From UHGV virus genome UHGV-0275486: 10,219 nucleotides of DNA; one strand, given 5' to 3'. The position numbers were made by a program, and so were the translations under genes. Positions within the stretch are counted from its first letter, which is position 1, and the number at the start of each line of letters is the position of its first letter. The stretch is from a virus. Below, piece by piece: positions 1-7,592 of this stretch. The notes beneath the pieces are model-generated. The model saw nothing but the letters and a program-made list of their open reading frames with translations, was not told the DNA's origin and did not search any database.

Positions 1-117
1 AGCTTACAGGTGGCCATTCGTGGGACAGTATCCCTGACAGCCTACAAAACGCAATTGAAGAACGCGAGGCATCGTCTTAACGAGGCACCGAGGCGTCGCA
101 TTCTTCAGATGGTTCAA
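1..117 (+). CDS. 3-prime end of an upstream gene (partial, product not recognised)
   Basis: Frame +1 is open from the window edge to TAG at 115-117 (..RRRILQMVQPLS*); the other two + frames hit stops within 80 nt. Start is outside the window and no motif is recognised. Confidence 0.3.
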
Positions 118-587
118 CCCTTAAGTTAGCGCTTATGGGAGAAATCCCCGCAACCTCTGATGTATTATGCATCCTCAACGCAGCCACAGTTAACCTGATT
201 GGCGGGTTTATTTCATCTGTAAATATATTTATAAAAATAATGCCCACGCACAGCATAAAACAAAAAGTATTACAGATAAAAAAGGAACGTAATGTGCAGA
301 TTTGTTGTTTTCCATATTTACTCACCTTAATATGATTAACCCTGATAGGGTTGTTATTTCAGCGGTTTTCAAATGAGATATTATGGTGATCTGGCAGATT
401 TGCATAACATTAAAATTTAATTTGTTTAACCGCTTTTAATAATAAGCGTTGTTTGTATCCCAGCAATCTGTTGTTTGGTTTTTATTCCATTAAGGTGGGG
501 CTTTACACTGGAGCCAGTTTATTTATACTTCATACGTCAGCCTGAACAACTGGCATCTGCTGCGCTGCGCCATCGAGAGATTAAGAA

Positions 588-1187
588 ATGGCGCATATAC
601 AACTGGTCAAACAAACCTCTTCCGGATTACTTCTCCCGGCGACGCCGGAGAGTTGTGATTTTCTGCATCAAATCAAAATAGGCGAGTGGATACACGCAGA
701 CTTTAAGCGTGTGCGTAACTACGCATTCCACAAGCGTTTTTTCAAACTCCTGCAACTGGGATTCGATTACTGGACTCCGGTCGGTGGGGCGATCACGCCA
801 CGCGAACGAGAACTGCTGTCTGGTTTCGTTGATTACCTGTGCGAATCAGTTGGTCGGGAACACACGCCAGCCCTGAGTGAGGCCGCAGAGCAATATCTGA
901 ATACAGTTGCGACACGCAGAACCCGGGATACGGCATTGCTAAAGTCGTTTGAGGCTTTTCGCGAGTGGGTAACCATTCAGGCTGGATTTTACACCGAACA
1001 TTTTTATCCGGACGGTAGCCATGGGCGTCGGGCGAAATCCATCGCGTTTGCGAATATGGACGAAACCGAGTTTCAGCAGGTTTATAAATCTGTTCTGAAT
1101 GTGCTGTGGAACTGGATTCTGTTCCGTAAATTCTCCTCTCAGGAGGAAGTTGAAAATGTGGCCGCACAACTACTGGAGTTTGCGTAA
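588..1187 (+). CDS. lambdoid nin-region protein, DUF1367-like (family assignment from memory)
   Basis: 199-aa ORF with ATG start and protein-like composition. Its TAA stop overlaps the next gene's ATG (TAATG at 1185-1189), indicating translational coupling. It sits directly upstream of a YbcO-like gene and Q, as in lambdoid nin regions. Confidence 0.7.
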   Translation: MAHIQLVKQTSSGLLLPATPESCDFLHQIKIGEWIHADFKRVRNYAFHKRFFKLLQLGFDYWTPVGGAITPRERELLSGFVDYLCESVGREHTPALSEAAEQYLNTVATRRTRDTALLKSFEAFREWVTIQAGFYTEHFYPDGSHGRRAKSIAFANMDETEFQQVYKSVLNVLWNWILFRKFSSQEEVENVAAQLLEFA

Positions 1188-1477
1188 TGGTGAATTTACG
1201 TAAAGCGGCTAAAGGCCAGATGTGCCAGATCAGAATCCCTGGCTACTGCAATCACAATCCCGAAACCTCTGTGCTGGCGCATTACAGGCTGGCGGGGACG
1301 TGCGGAACAGCGACAAAACCACACGATATGCAGGCAGCGATTGCCTGTAGCTCATGCCACGATTTAATCGACGGGCGGGTAAAAACCAGCGATTACACCA
1401 AAGAAGAATTACGCCTGATGCATGCAGAAGGTGTTTTTCGCACACAAGAAATCTGGAGAAAGGAAGGTTATTTATGA
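1187..1477 (+). CDS. YbcO-like DUF1364 protein (Cys-rich, putative zinc-binding nin-region protein)
   Basis: 96-aa ORF (MVNLRKAAKGQMCQIRIPGYCNHNPETSVLAH...IACSSCHDLIDGR) with paired Cys motifs and the same length as the E. coli DLP12 YbcO protein, which it closely resembles from memory. Start overlaps the upstream stop; its own stop overlaps the next start (ATGA at 1474-1477). Confidence 0.75.
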   Translation: MVNLRKAAKGQMCQIRIPGYCNHNPETSVLAHYRLAGTCGTATKPHDMQAAIACSSCHDLIDGRVKTSDYTKEELRLMHAEGVFRTQEIWRKEGYL

Positions 1478-2016
1478 TTTACCCAACAAATACAGGCAAA
1501 AGCGGGGAACACCTTCGTCTCACCACGCTGGAAAGTGTCTGGATTCAGGGAAAACTGCGCATGTGGGGGCGCTGGTCGTATATTGGCGGCGGTAAGACGG
1601 GAAATATGTTTAACCAGTTGCTGGCATCCAAAAAATTGACGAAAACAGCCGTCAATGAAGCCCTGCGCAGGATGAAAAAAGCGGGAATAGAGAAACCTGA
1701 GCTGGAAGCGTTTTTGCGAGAGATGATCAATAGCAAGCAAAAGACCTGGCTGGCGCATTGTACTGATGCAGAGGCGTTATGTATTGATAGAGTCATAAGT
1801 GAGGTGCTGGCAAAACACCCAGGATTGATTTGTATCCTCCGGCAACGATATGAAGGGAGGGGGATGACTAAGCGTAAAATGGCTGAATTGCTGAATGATG
1901 CACATCCTGAGTGGTGTTTTAGCACATGCGAAAAGCGAATTGCTAATTGGTTAGCCGTTGCTGAATATGCCCTGTATATTCCCATGCGAGAATCATTTGC
2001 TCAAAAAATAGCTTGA
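1474..2016 (+). CDS. late-gene antitermination protein Q-like (QuuD/Phage_antitermQ type)
   Basis: 180-aa ORF starting at ATG 1474, preceded by GGAGAAAGGAAGG as ribosome-binding site and overlapping the upstream stop. Contains an RWG-W-type motif (KLRMWGRWSY) recalled from QuuD-like Q proteins. It is the last early-operon gene before a terminator, tRNAs and the lysis cassette. The 220-aa extension from 1354 lies inside the preceding gene and is not used. Confidence 0.65.
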   Translation: MIYPTNTGKSGEHLRLTTLESVWIQGKLRMWGRWSYIGGGKTGNMFNQLLASKKLTKTAVNEALRRMKKAGIEKPELEAFLREMINSKQKTWLAHCTDAEALCIDRVISEVLAKHPGLICILRQRYEGRGMTKRKMAELLNDAHPEWCFSTCEKRIANWLAVAEYALYIPMRESFAQKIA

Positions 2017-2099
2017 TTTTTTACGCATAAATTGCTTCAATTCCGGTATGCTTCGCAAAGCTGTATCGCGAGGCGAACCAAGCGCATGAACTTTACCAG

Positions 2100-2128
2100 A
2101 ACCCGCCATTGAGCGGGTTTTGTTGTTT
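2100..2128 (+). terminator. intrinsic terminator downstream of Q (candidate tR-prime-like element)
   Basis: 7-bp stem AACCCGC/GCGGGTT (2100-2106 and 2113-2119) with 6-nt loop CATTGA, followed directly by TTGTTGTTT. Confidence 0.5.
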
Positions 2129-2193
2129 CTGGGGGGGCATTTCGTTAAATGAAGCTGTGTTGTGCGCAATTAGCTAATAACACGAATCGTGAA

Positions 2194-2203
2194 TGTATAT
2201 AAT
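2194..2203 (+). promoter_or_regulatory. candidate -10 element (TG-TA-TATAAT) upstream of the tRNA pair
   Basis: Perfect TATAAT at 2198-2203 with TG at 2194-2195. No good -35 hexamer at 16-18 bp spacing, so this is a weak call. Confidence 0.2.
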
Positions 2204-2325
2204 GCGCTTGTTCCTTCGATGGTGTATTCGAATAACGGATTACTGAATACAGCTATCCCATTAAGGGAACACCGCCATCTTTTAAGTGGTAGGTGTGAGA
2301 TTCGATACCTCGGTGGCGGTTCTGT

Positions 2326-2401
<76 letters not shown>

Positions 2402-2404
2402 TAT

Positions 2405-2479
<75 letters not shown>

Positions 2480-2754
2480 GCATTTGAAATAAGCCTTATT
2501 GTATTGCAGCACTGGCGTATTTTTATTACGTGGGAGCAGGTTGTTTCGAAAAAGCATTCTGTTCTCTGGCTATGATTTGAGGCCAGGTGTAGCCTCAGTG
2601 CTGATTTTTTTACGGCAGCAGAATGGTGCATTATCGGTGGAGATTTTGTATTTCCTGGCAGGGCCGGTGATGTGCCATCCCGATGTTGTAAACATCGCTA
2701 AAAATGACATTGAGATTAATCATATACTAAGCAAAACCTGGAAATACATCCTTT

Positions 2755-2780
2755 ACCGCCTCCACCGGGCGGTTTTTTTT
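2755..2780 (+). terminator. intrinsic terminator
   Basis: Stem ACCGCC (2755-2760) / GGCGGT (2768-2773) with loop TCCACCG, then a run of eight T (2773-2780). Confidence 0.55.
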
Positions 2781-3103
2781 ATTCTGAACCCTAAAAAAAG
2801 AAACACGGACACTGATAATGCCCGTGTGGCAATGCCATGTAAGTTAGCGATGAATATGGCGCAAAAAAAGCGCGGCCGTCGGATTAACGCCGCGGGACAA
2901 AGTCCATGAAGAATCATAAGTATTGGCCCCCTTCTGGGGACATGTTCATACTACTAAGCTTCAGAAGTGGTTTAAATCATCAAATTAACCTTAATTTTCG
3001 ATAAGTCTTATTTCATTTCTTTGCGCCACATCTGGCGCGCATCAAATAACGCCACGCAAAGGGCATCTGCGGATGCCGGTGCTTTTGACGGGGTGTTTTT
3101 TAC

Positions 3104-3125
3104 GGGCCGCTGGTGGCCATTTTTT
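3104..3125 (+). terminator. small intrinsic terminator-like hairpin just upstream of the holin gene
   Basis: GGCC(G)/(T)GGCC stem (3105-3109 with 3114-3118), 4-nt loop, then A and six T (3120-3125). It lies about 40 nt before the holin start and could alternatively be a structure regulating holin translation. Confidence 0.4.
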
Positions 3126-3165
3126 GTTTCCATTACACAGCGCCCGCATCTGCGAGGTGGGGGTT

Positions 3166-3381
3166 ATGAAATCCATGGATAAGTTAACAACGGGTGTCGC
3201 CTATGGCACCTCCGCAGGCAGTGCTGGCTACTGGTTTTTACAGTTGCTCGATAGAGTCACGCCCTCACAGTGGGCAGCAATAGGTGTGCTGGGTAGTCTG
3301 GTGTTTGGCCTGTTGACGTATCTGACAAATCTTTATTTCAAGATTAAAGAAGATAAGCGTAAGGCTGCACGGGGAGAGTAA
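3166..3381 (+). CDS. S: class II holin, phage 21 S-type pinholin, with dual-start motif
   Basis: 71 aa from ATG 3166 ([29 protein letters not shown]...[11 protein letters not shown]), close to the phage 21 S protein as recalled and the same length. Met1 and Met4 give the antiholin/holin dual start. GAGGTGGGGG precedes the start. The upstream in-frame extension from 3073 runs across the terminator hairpin and is not used. Confidence 0.9.
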   Translation: MKSMDKLTTGVAYGTSAGSAGYWFLQLLDRVTPSQWAAIGVLGSLVFGLLTYLTNLYFKIKEDKRKAARGE

Positions 3382-3385
3382 TTCA

Positions 3386-3730
3386 ATGACTCAAAACTAT
3401 GAACTGATTGTGAAAGGGATCCGCAATTTTGAGAATAAAGTTACGGTAACTTTAGCGTTACGGGACAAAAAACGCTTTGACGGTGAAATTTTAGACCTGG
3501 ACATCTCGCTGGACCGTGTTGAAGGTGCCGCGCTGGAGTTTTATGAGGCAGCAGCCAGAAGAAGCATCAGACAGGTCTTCCTGGATGTTGCTGCCGGGTT
3601 ATGTGAAGGGGATGAGCAGTCACCGGAAAAGCGCCCCATAATTTTAGAGGCGCAGGGTGTGTGGATAACCTACAAAGGAAAACTGCCGGGAAGAATTACT
3701 GGTTCACTGAAGACTCCGCCGAAATGGTAA
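3386..3730 (+). CDS. DUF1327 / YdfR-like protein inserted between holin and endolysin
   Basis: 114-aa ORF starting 5 nt after the holin stop, with GGGGAGAG 7 nt upstream of the ATG. Hydrophilic protein resembling, from memory, the Qin prophage YdfR family, which also sits between holin and endolysin genes. Confidence 0.6.
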   Translation: MTQNYELIVKGIRNFENKVTVTLALRDKKRFDGEILDLDISLDRVEGAALEFYEAAARRSIRQVFLDVAAGLCEGDEQSPEKRPIILEAQGVWITYKGKLPGRITGSLKTPPKW

Positions 3731-3968
3731 TTTCACCAGCATATTTTTCTTCCAGTAATACCGCCAGCCACTTGAAAGAATTTTGTTGTTGCTGGGACCA
3801 TTTGGGGTTGAGTGATTCAAGCTGGAGCGATGCCAGTGTTGGTTGCATTTGTTCCTTGGGAATTGAGAATGCCAGATATGAAAATGCGACAGTAAGGGCA
3901 TTTACATCATCCCGAAGCCTGGAAATGCAGTCGAGCAACTCCTGTAGAGAAATGGTGCTATTGTCCAT
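3696..3968 (-). CDS. hypothetical protein on the antisense strand inside the lysis cassette
   Basis: 90-aa ORF with a strong ribosome-binding site on the minus strand (AGAGAGGA, 7-nt spacer, ATG). Composition is helical and protein-like, unlike the overlapping + strand ORF 3661-3993. Its 3-prime end overlaps the DUF1327 gene by 35 nt. No homologue recognised. Confidence 0.4.
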   Translation of the reverse strand: MDNSTISLQELLDCISRLRDDVNALTVAFSYLAFSIPKEQMQPTLASLQLESLNPKWSQQQQNSFKWLAVLLEEKYAGEITISAESSVNQ

Positions 3969-4073
3969 AAATAATCCTCTCTATTGTATTTAACTATTCC
4001 TTGCCTGATTCAACAGGCCGGGACAGATAAACATATCCAGGGTTCAGAAACCGATAAATCCTGATAAATATCC

Positions 4074-4607
4074 ATGAACGCAAAAATCAGATACGGCCTG
4101 TCGGCTGCCGTTCTGGCACTGATTGCCGTCGGTGCGCCTGCGCCTGATATTCTCGACCAGTTTCTGGATGAAAAAGAAGGTAACCACACAACGGCATACC
4201 GCGATGGTTCCGGTATATGGACCATCTGTCGTGGTGCCACAATGGTGGATGGTAAGCCCGTCATACCGGGAATGAGGCTGTCGAAGGAAAAATGCGACCA
4301 GGTTAACGCTATTGAACGTGATAAGGCGCTGGCATGGGTGGAGCGCAATATTAAAGTACCACTGACCGAACCACAGAAAGCGGGTATAGCGTCATTTTGT
4401 CCCTATAACATTGGCCCCGGTAAGTGTTTCCCGTCGACGTTTTATAAGCGGCTGAATGCCGGTGATCGTAAGGGTGCATGCGAGGCGATTCGCTGGTGGA
4501 TAAAAGATGGTGGGCGCGATTGCCGCATACGTTCAAATAACTGCTATGGACAGGTTATTCGTCGTGACCAGGAAAGCGCATTAGCCTGTTGGGGGATAGA
4601 TCAGTGA
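4074..4607 (+). CDS. R: SAR endolysin (lysozyme with N-terminal signal-anchor-release domain)
   Basis: 177 aa. The N-terminus ([17 protein letters not shown]) is a weakly hydrophobic Gly/Ala-rich segment typical of SAR domains. It is followed by the lysozyme catalytic spacing E-x8-D-x5-T ([16 protein letters not shown]). A SAR endolysin is the expected partner of a pinholin. Confidence 0.9.
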   Translation: MNAKIRYGLSAAVLALIAVGAPAPDILDQFLDEKEGNHTTAYRDGSGIWTICRGATMVDGKPVIPGMRLSKEKCDQVNAIERDKALAWVERNIKVPLTEPQKAGIASFCPYNIGPGKCFPSTFYKRLNAGDRKGACEAIRWWIKDGGRDCRIRSNNCYGQVIRRDQESALACWGIDQ

Positions 4608-5068
4608 GCAGAGTCGCCGCGATTATTTATGCTCTGGTTATCTGCATCATCGTCTGCCTGTCATGGGCTGTTAATCATTACCGTGATAACGCCACCGCCT
4701 ACAAAGAGCAGCGCGACAAAAATGCCAGAGAACTGAAGCTGGCGAACGCGGCAATTACTGACATGCAGATGCGTCAGCGTGATGTTGCTGCGCTCGATGC
4801 AAAATACACGAAGGAGTTAGCTGATGCGAAAGCTGAAAATGATGCTCTGCGTGATGATGTTGCCGCTGGTCGTCGTCGGTTGCACATCAAAGCAGTCTGT
4901 CAGTCAGTGCGTGAAGCCACCACCGCCTCCGGCGTGGATAATGCAGCCTCCCCCCGACTGGCAGACACCGCTGAACGGGATTATTTCACCCTCCGGGAAC
5001 GACTGGTAATGATGCAGGCCCAACTTGAAGGTGCTCAGCAATACATAACCGAACAGTGTTTAAAGTAA
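4604..5068 (+). CDS. Rz: i-spanin Rz
   Basis: GTG start at 4604 overlapping the endolysin stop (GTGA). The N-terminus ([29 protein letters not shown]) is a transmembrane segment, followed by a coiled-coil region. Close to lambda Rz as recalled. The ORF track's TTG at 4589 is an upstream in-frame alternative. Confidence 0.9.
   Translation: MSRVAAIIYALVICIIVCLSWAVNHYRDNATAYKEQRDKNARELKLANAAITDMQMRQRDVAALDAKYTKELADAKAENDALRDDVAAGRRRLHIKAVCQSVREATTASGVDNAASPRLADTAERDYFTLRERLVMMQAQLEGAQQYITEQCLK
4824..5009 (+). CDS. Rz1: o-spanin Rz1 (lipoprotein embedded in the +1 frame of Rz)
   Basis: 61 aa ([24 protein letters not shown]...[15 protein letters not shown]) with a lipobox ending in Cys and a proline-rich body. 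AAGGAG lies 7 nt upstream of the ATG. Lies wholly within Rz, as in lambda. Confidence 0.85.
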   Translation: MRKLKMMLCVMMLPLVVVGCTSKQSVSQCVKPPPPPAWIMQPPPDWQTPLNGIISPSGNDW

Positions 5069-5205
5069 AATCTTAACTACAATATGATTCATTTTGATGA
5101 TTGTTTCATAAGGAACAGTGAAGTAAGATCTAAGAGGAGTTAAATTTTATACAGTATAATCATAATATTGCAGCAAGGTGGTTATAATTGAAAGAATATT
5201 TAGAT

Positions 5206-6663
5206 ATGAATACATCTCATGTAAGAGTTGTTACTCATATGTGTGGGTTCCTGGTTTGGCTCTATAGTCTTTCAATGTTGCCACCAATGGTTGTAGCATT
5301 GTTTTATAAAGAAAAAAGCCTGTTCGTTTTCTTTATAACTTTCGTTATATTTTTTTGCATTGGTGGCGGAGCGTGGTATACAACTAAGAAATCTGGCATT
5401 CAATTACGTACCCGTGATGGGTTTATTATAATTGTAATGTTTTGGATTTTGTTTTCTGTTATTAGTGCATTCCCTTTATGGATTGACTCAGAACTTAATT
5501 TAACGTTCATTGATGCTCTGTTTGAAGGGGTTTCTGGAATAACAACAACAGGAGCAACTGTAATTGATGATGTTAGTTCATTACCTCGGGCATATTTGTA
5601 CTATCGGTCACAGTTAAATTTTATAGGTGGTTTAGGAGTTATTGTTCTGGCGGTTGCTGTATTGCCATTATTGGGTATTGGTGGTGCAAAGCTTTATCAG
5701 TCAGAAATGCCGGGGCCATTTAAGGATGACAAACTCACTCCCCGCCTGGCCGATACGTCACGGACACTGTGGATAACTTATTCTTTATTAGGTATTGCTT
5801 GTATTGTCTGTTATAGACTTGCAGGAATGCCTTTGTTTGATGCTATTTGTCACGGGATTTCCACAGTTTCGCTTGGTGGTTTCTCAACTCATAGCGAGAG
5901 TATCGGATATTTTAATAACTATTTGGTTGAGCTGGTGGCTGGTTCTTTTTCCCTGCTATCGGCTTTCAACTTCACTCTTTGGTATATTGCTATTAGCAGG
6001 AAAACGATAAAACCTTTAATCAGAGATATTGAACTTCGTTTCTTTCTGTTAATAGCCTTAGGGGTGATCATTGTTACCTCTTTCCAGGTCTGGCATATAG
6101 GTATGTATGACTTGCATGGAAGTTTTATTCATTCGTTTTTTCTTGCCAGCTCCATGCTCACTGATAATGGTTTAGCTACGCAGGATTATGCAAACTGGCC
6201 CACGCACACGATAGTGTTTTTGCTGTCGTCAAGTTTCTTTGGGGGATGTATAGGTTCAACTTGTGGTGGAATTAAGTCACTTCGATTTCTTATACTTTTC
6301 AAACAAAGCAAACACGAGATAAATCAGCTTTCTCATCCCAGAGCGTTGTTGAGTGTAAATGTAGGAGGGAAGATAGTTACAGATCGTGTAATGAGGTCTG
6401 TATGGAGTTTCTTTTTTCTTTATACTCTCTTCACGGTGTTTTTTATACTGGTGTTAAATGGTATGGGATATGATTTTCTTACATCATTTGCAACAGTGGC
6501 TGCATGTATTAATAATATGGGATTAGGTTTTGGGGCTACTGCATCGTCATTCGGAGTGCTTAATGACATTGCAAAATATTTAATGTGCATAGCTATGATT
6601 CTTGGTCGCCTTGAAATTTATCCTGTTATTATATTGTTTTCAGGTTTTTTTTGGCGCTCCTAA
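5206..6663 (+). CDS. trkG: Trk-system potassium uptake protein TrkG (TrkH/TrkG family membrane protein)
   Basis: 485 aa from ATG 5206 (491 aa from TTG 5188). Multiple transmembrane segments and the conserved TrkH-family motifs (GITTTGATV, LYQSEMPGP, GGCIGSTCGGIK). Markedly AT-rich compared with its flanks. Matches the trkG gene of the K-12 Rac prophage as recalled, in the same position after Rz/Rz1. Confidence 0.9.
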   Translation: MNTSHVRVVTHMCGFLVWLYSLSMLPPMVVALFYKEKSLFVFFITFVIFFCIGGGAWYTTKKSGIQLRTRDGFIIIVMFWILFSVISAFPLWIDSELNLTFIDALFEGVSGITTTGATVIDDVSSLPRAYLYYRSQLNFIGGLGVIVLAVAVLPLLGIGGAKLYQSEMPGPFKDDKLTPRLADTSRTLWITYSLLGIACIVCYRLAGMPLFDAICHGISTVSLGGFSTHSESIGYFNNYLVELVAGSFSLLSAFNFTLWYIAISRKTIKPLIRDIELRFFLLIALGVIIVTSFQVWHIGMYDLHGSFIHSFFLASSMLTDNGLATQDYANWPTHTIVFLLSSSFFGGCIGSTCGGIKSLRFLILFKQSKHEINQLSHPRALLSVNVGGKIVTDRVMRSVWSFFFLYTLFTVFFILVLNGMGYDFLTSFATVAACINNMGLGFGATASSFGVLNDIAKYLMCIAMILGRLEIYPVIILFSGFFWRS

Positions 6664-6749
6664 TATATGGCTGATTTATAATTGTGAGTTTAATATTATA
6701 TTGACTCACTCATTGATCCAATACCTAACTTTACCAGCAACACCTCCGC

Positions 6750-6784
6750 CCCCAGTAGCACTGGCTGCTGGGGTGCGTTTTATT
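6750..6784 (+). terminator. possible terminator downstream of trkG
   Basis: CCCCAG (6750-6755) / CTGGGG (6768-6773) stem with a 12-nt loop, followed by TGCGTTTTATT. The T-run is interrupted and the loop is long, so this is a weak call. Confidence 0.3.
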
Positions 6785-6800
6785 CATAAAGCAAGGCTGT

Positions 6801-7592
6801 ATGAGCGAGAAATTAAAGATAGTCTATCGCCCATTACAAGAATTGTCACCGTATGCGCACAACGCCAGGACGCACAGTACTGAGCAGGTGGCACAACTGG
6901 TAGAAAGTATTAAGCAATTCGGCTGGACTAATCCGGTGCTGATTGACGAAAAGGGCGAAATTATTGCGGGTTACGGTCGTGTTATGGCGGCTGAAATGCT
7001 CAAAATGGATTCTGTTCCGGTCATTGTTCTGTCTGGCCTGACGGATGAGCAGAAAAAGGCGTACCGCCTGGCAGATAATCGCCTGCCGATGAATGCTGGC
7101 TGGGATGAAGATCTGTTGCGGATGGAGCTGTCGGACCTAATCAATGCTGATTTTGATGTCTCCCTGACAGGCTTCATCCCGACAGAAATTGATGAACTGT
7201 TGACGGATGTTTTGCCCGGTACAGGAAATGAGGAGGAGCCGTATACGACGAAAATTGATACGCCTGTTTATGAGCCGTCGGGCGGTAAACCGGATATCAG
7301 TGAACTGTACGACGATACGAAAACTCAGGAGCTGATCAGCCGGATACGTTCGGCGTCCCTTGAGCCTGATATTGAGAAATTCCTCCTGTGTGCGGCAGAA
7401 CGTCACACGGTGTTTAATTTCAGTAGAATTGCGGACTATTACGCTCACGCCCCCTCTGAAATTCAGTGTTTTTTCGAGGAGTCGGCGCTGGTGATCATTG
7501 ATTATCAGCAGGCTATTGAAAATGGATTTGTCCGGATGACGCAGCGCATGGTGGAGATCATGCATGGTGGTGAGGAGGAGGAATATGCGTGA
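6801..7592 (+). CDS. ParB/Srx-like N-terminal domain protein with acidic C-terminal region
   Basis: 263 aa. The N-terminus (PLQELSPYAHNARTHSTEQVAQLVESIKQFGWTNPVLIDEKGEIIAGYGRVMAA) has the ParB-like nuclease-domain pattern, including the Gly-x-x-Arg core. The C-terminal half is acidic and ends in EEEEYA. AAGG precedes the ATG. Confidence 0.75.
   Translation: MSEKLKIVYRPLQELSPYAHNARTHSTEQVAQLVESIKQFGWTNPVLIDEKGEIIAGYGRVMAAEMLKMDSVPVIVLSGLTDEQKKAYRLADNRLPMNAGWDEDLLRMELSDLINADFDVSLTGFIPTEIDELLTDVLPGTGNEEEPYTTKIDTPVYEPSGGKPDISELYDDTKTQELISRIRSASLEPDIEKFLLCAAERHTVFNFSRIADYYAHAPSEIQCFFEESALVIIDYQQAIENGFVRMTQRMVEIMHGGEEEEYA

Noticed and set aside
793-1985. Minus-strand ORFs 793-1167, 939-1169, 1230-1445, 1468-1758 and 1545-1985
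   Set aside because: All lie entirely inside well-supported + strand genes, with odd composition and no ribosome-binding sites. Treated as antisense shadow ORFs.
1354-2016. 220-aa extended version of the Q gene
   Set aside because: The extension lies wholly inside the preceding gene in another frame. ATG 1474 has a good ribosome-binding site and the typical stop/start overlap, so the shorter form is annotated.
2578-2611. Hairpin TGAGGC/GCCTCA followed by T7
   Set aside because: The T-run is separated from the stem by 8 nt, so it is not a canonical intrinsic terminator. Left as a possible RNA structure.
2499-2909. 136-aa + strand ORF downstream of the tRNAs
   Set aside because: It runs straight through the hairpin and T8 terminator at 2755-2780, has biased composition and no ribosome-binding site. 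More likely non-coding.
3073-3381. 102-aa extended version of the holin
   Set aside because: The extension crosses the terminator hairpin and adds 31 residues not expected in an S21-type holin. The 71-aa form from ATG 3166 matches that family.
3661-3993. 110-aa + strand ORF (GTG start) overlapping the DUF1327 gene and the antisense ORF
   Set aside because: Ser/Cys/Trp-rich and unlike a folded protein. The opposite-strand ORF 3696-3968 has the better ribosome-binding site and more plausible sequence, so this is treated as its shadow frame.
4010-4536. Minus-strand ORFs 4010-4348 and 4351-4536 inside the endolysin gene
   Set aside because: Antisense to a confidently assigned lysozyme gene, with no translation signals.
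5795-6883. Internal + strand ORFs 5795-6010 and 6602-6883
   Set aside because: The first is an alternative frame inside trkG. The second spans the trkG stop and the intergenic hairpin into the ParB-like gene. Neither has independent support.
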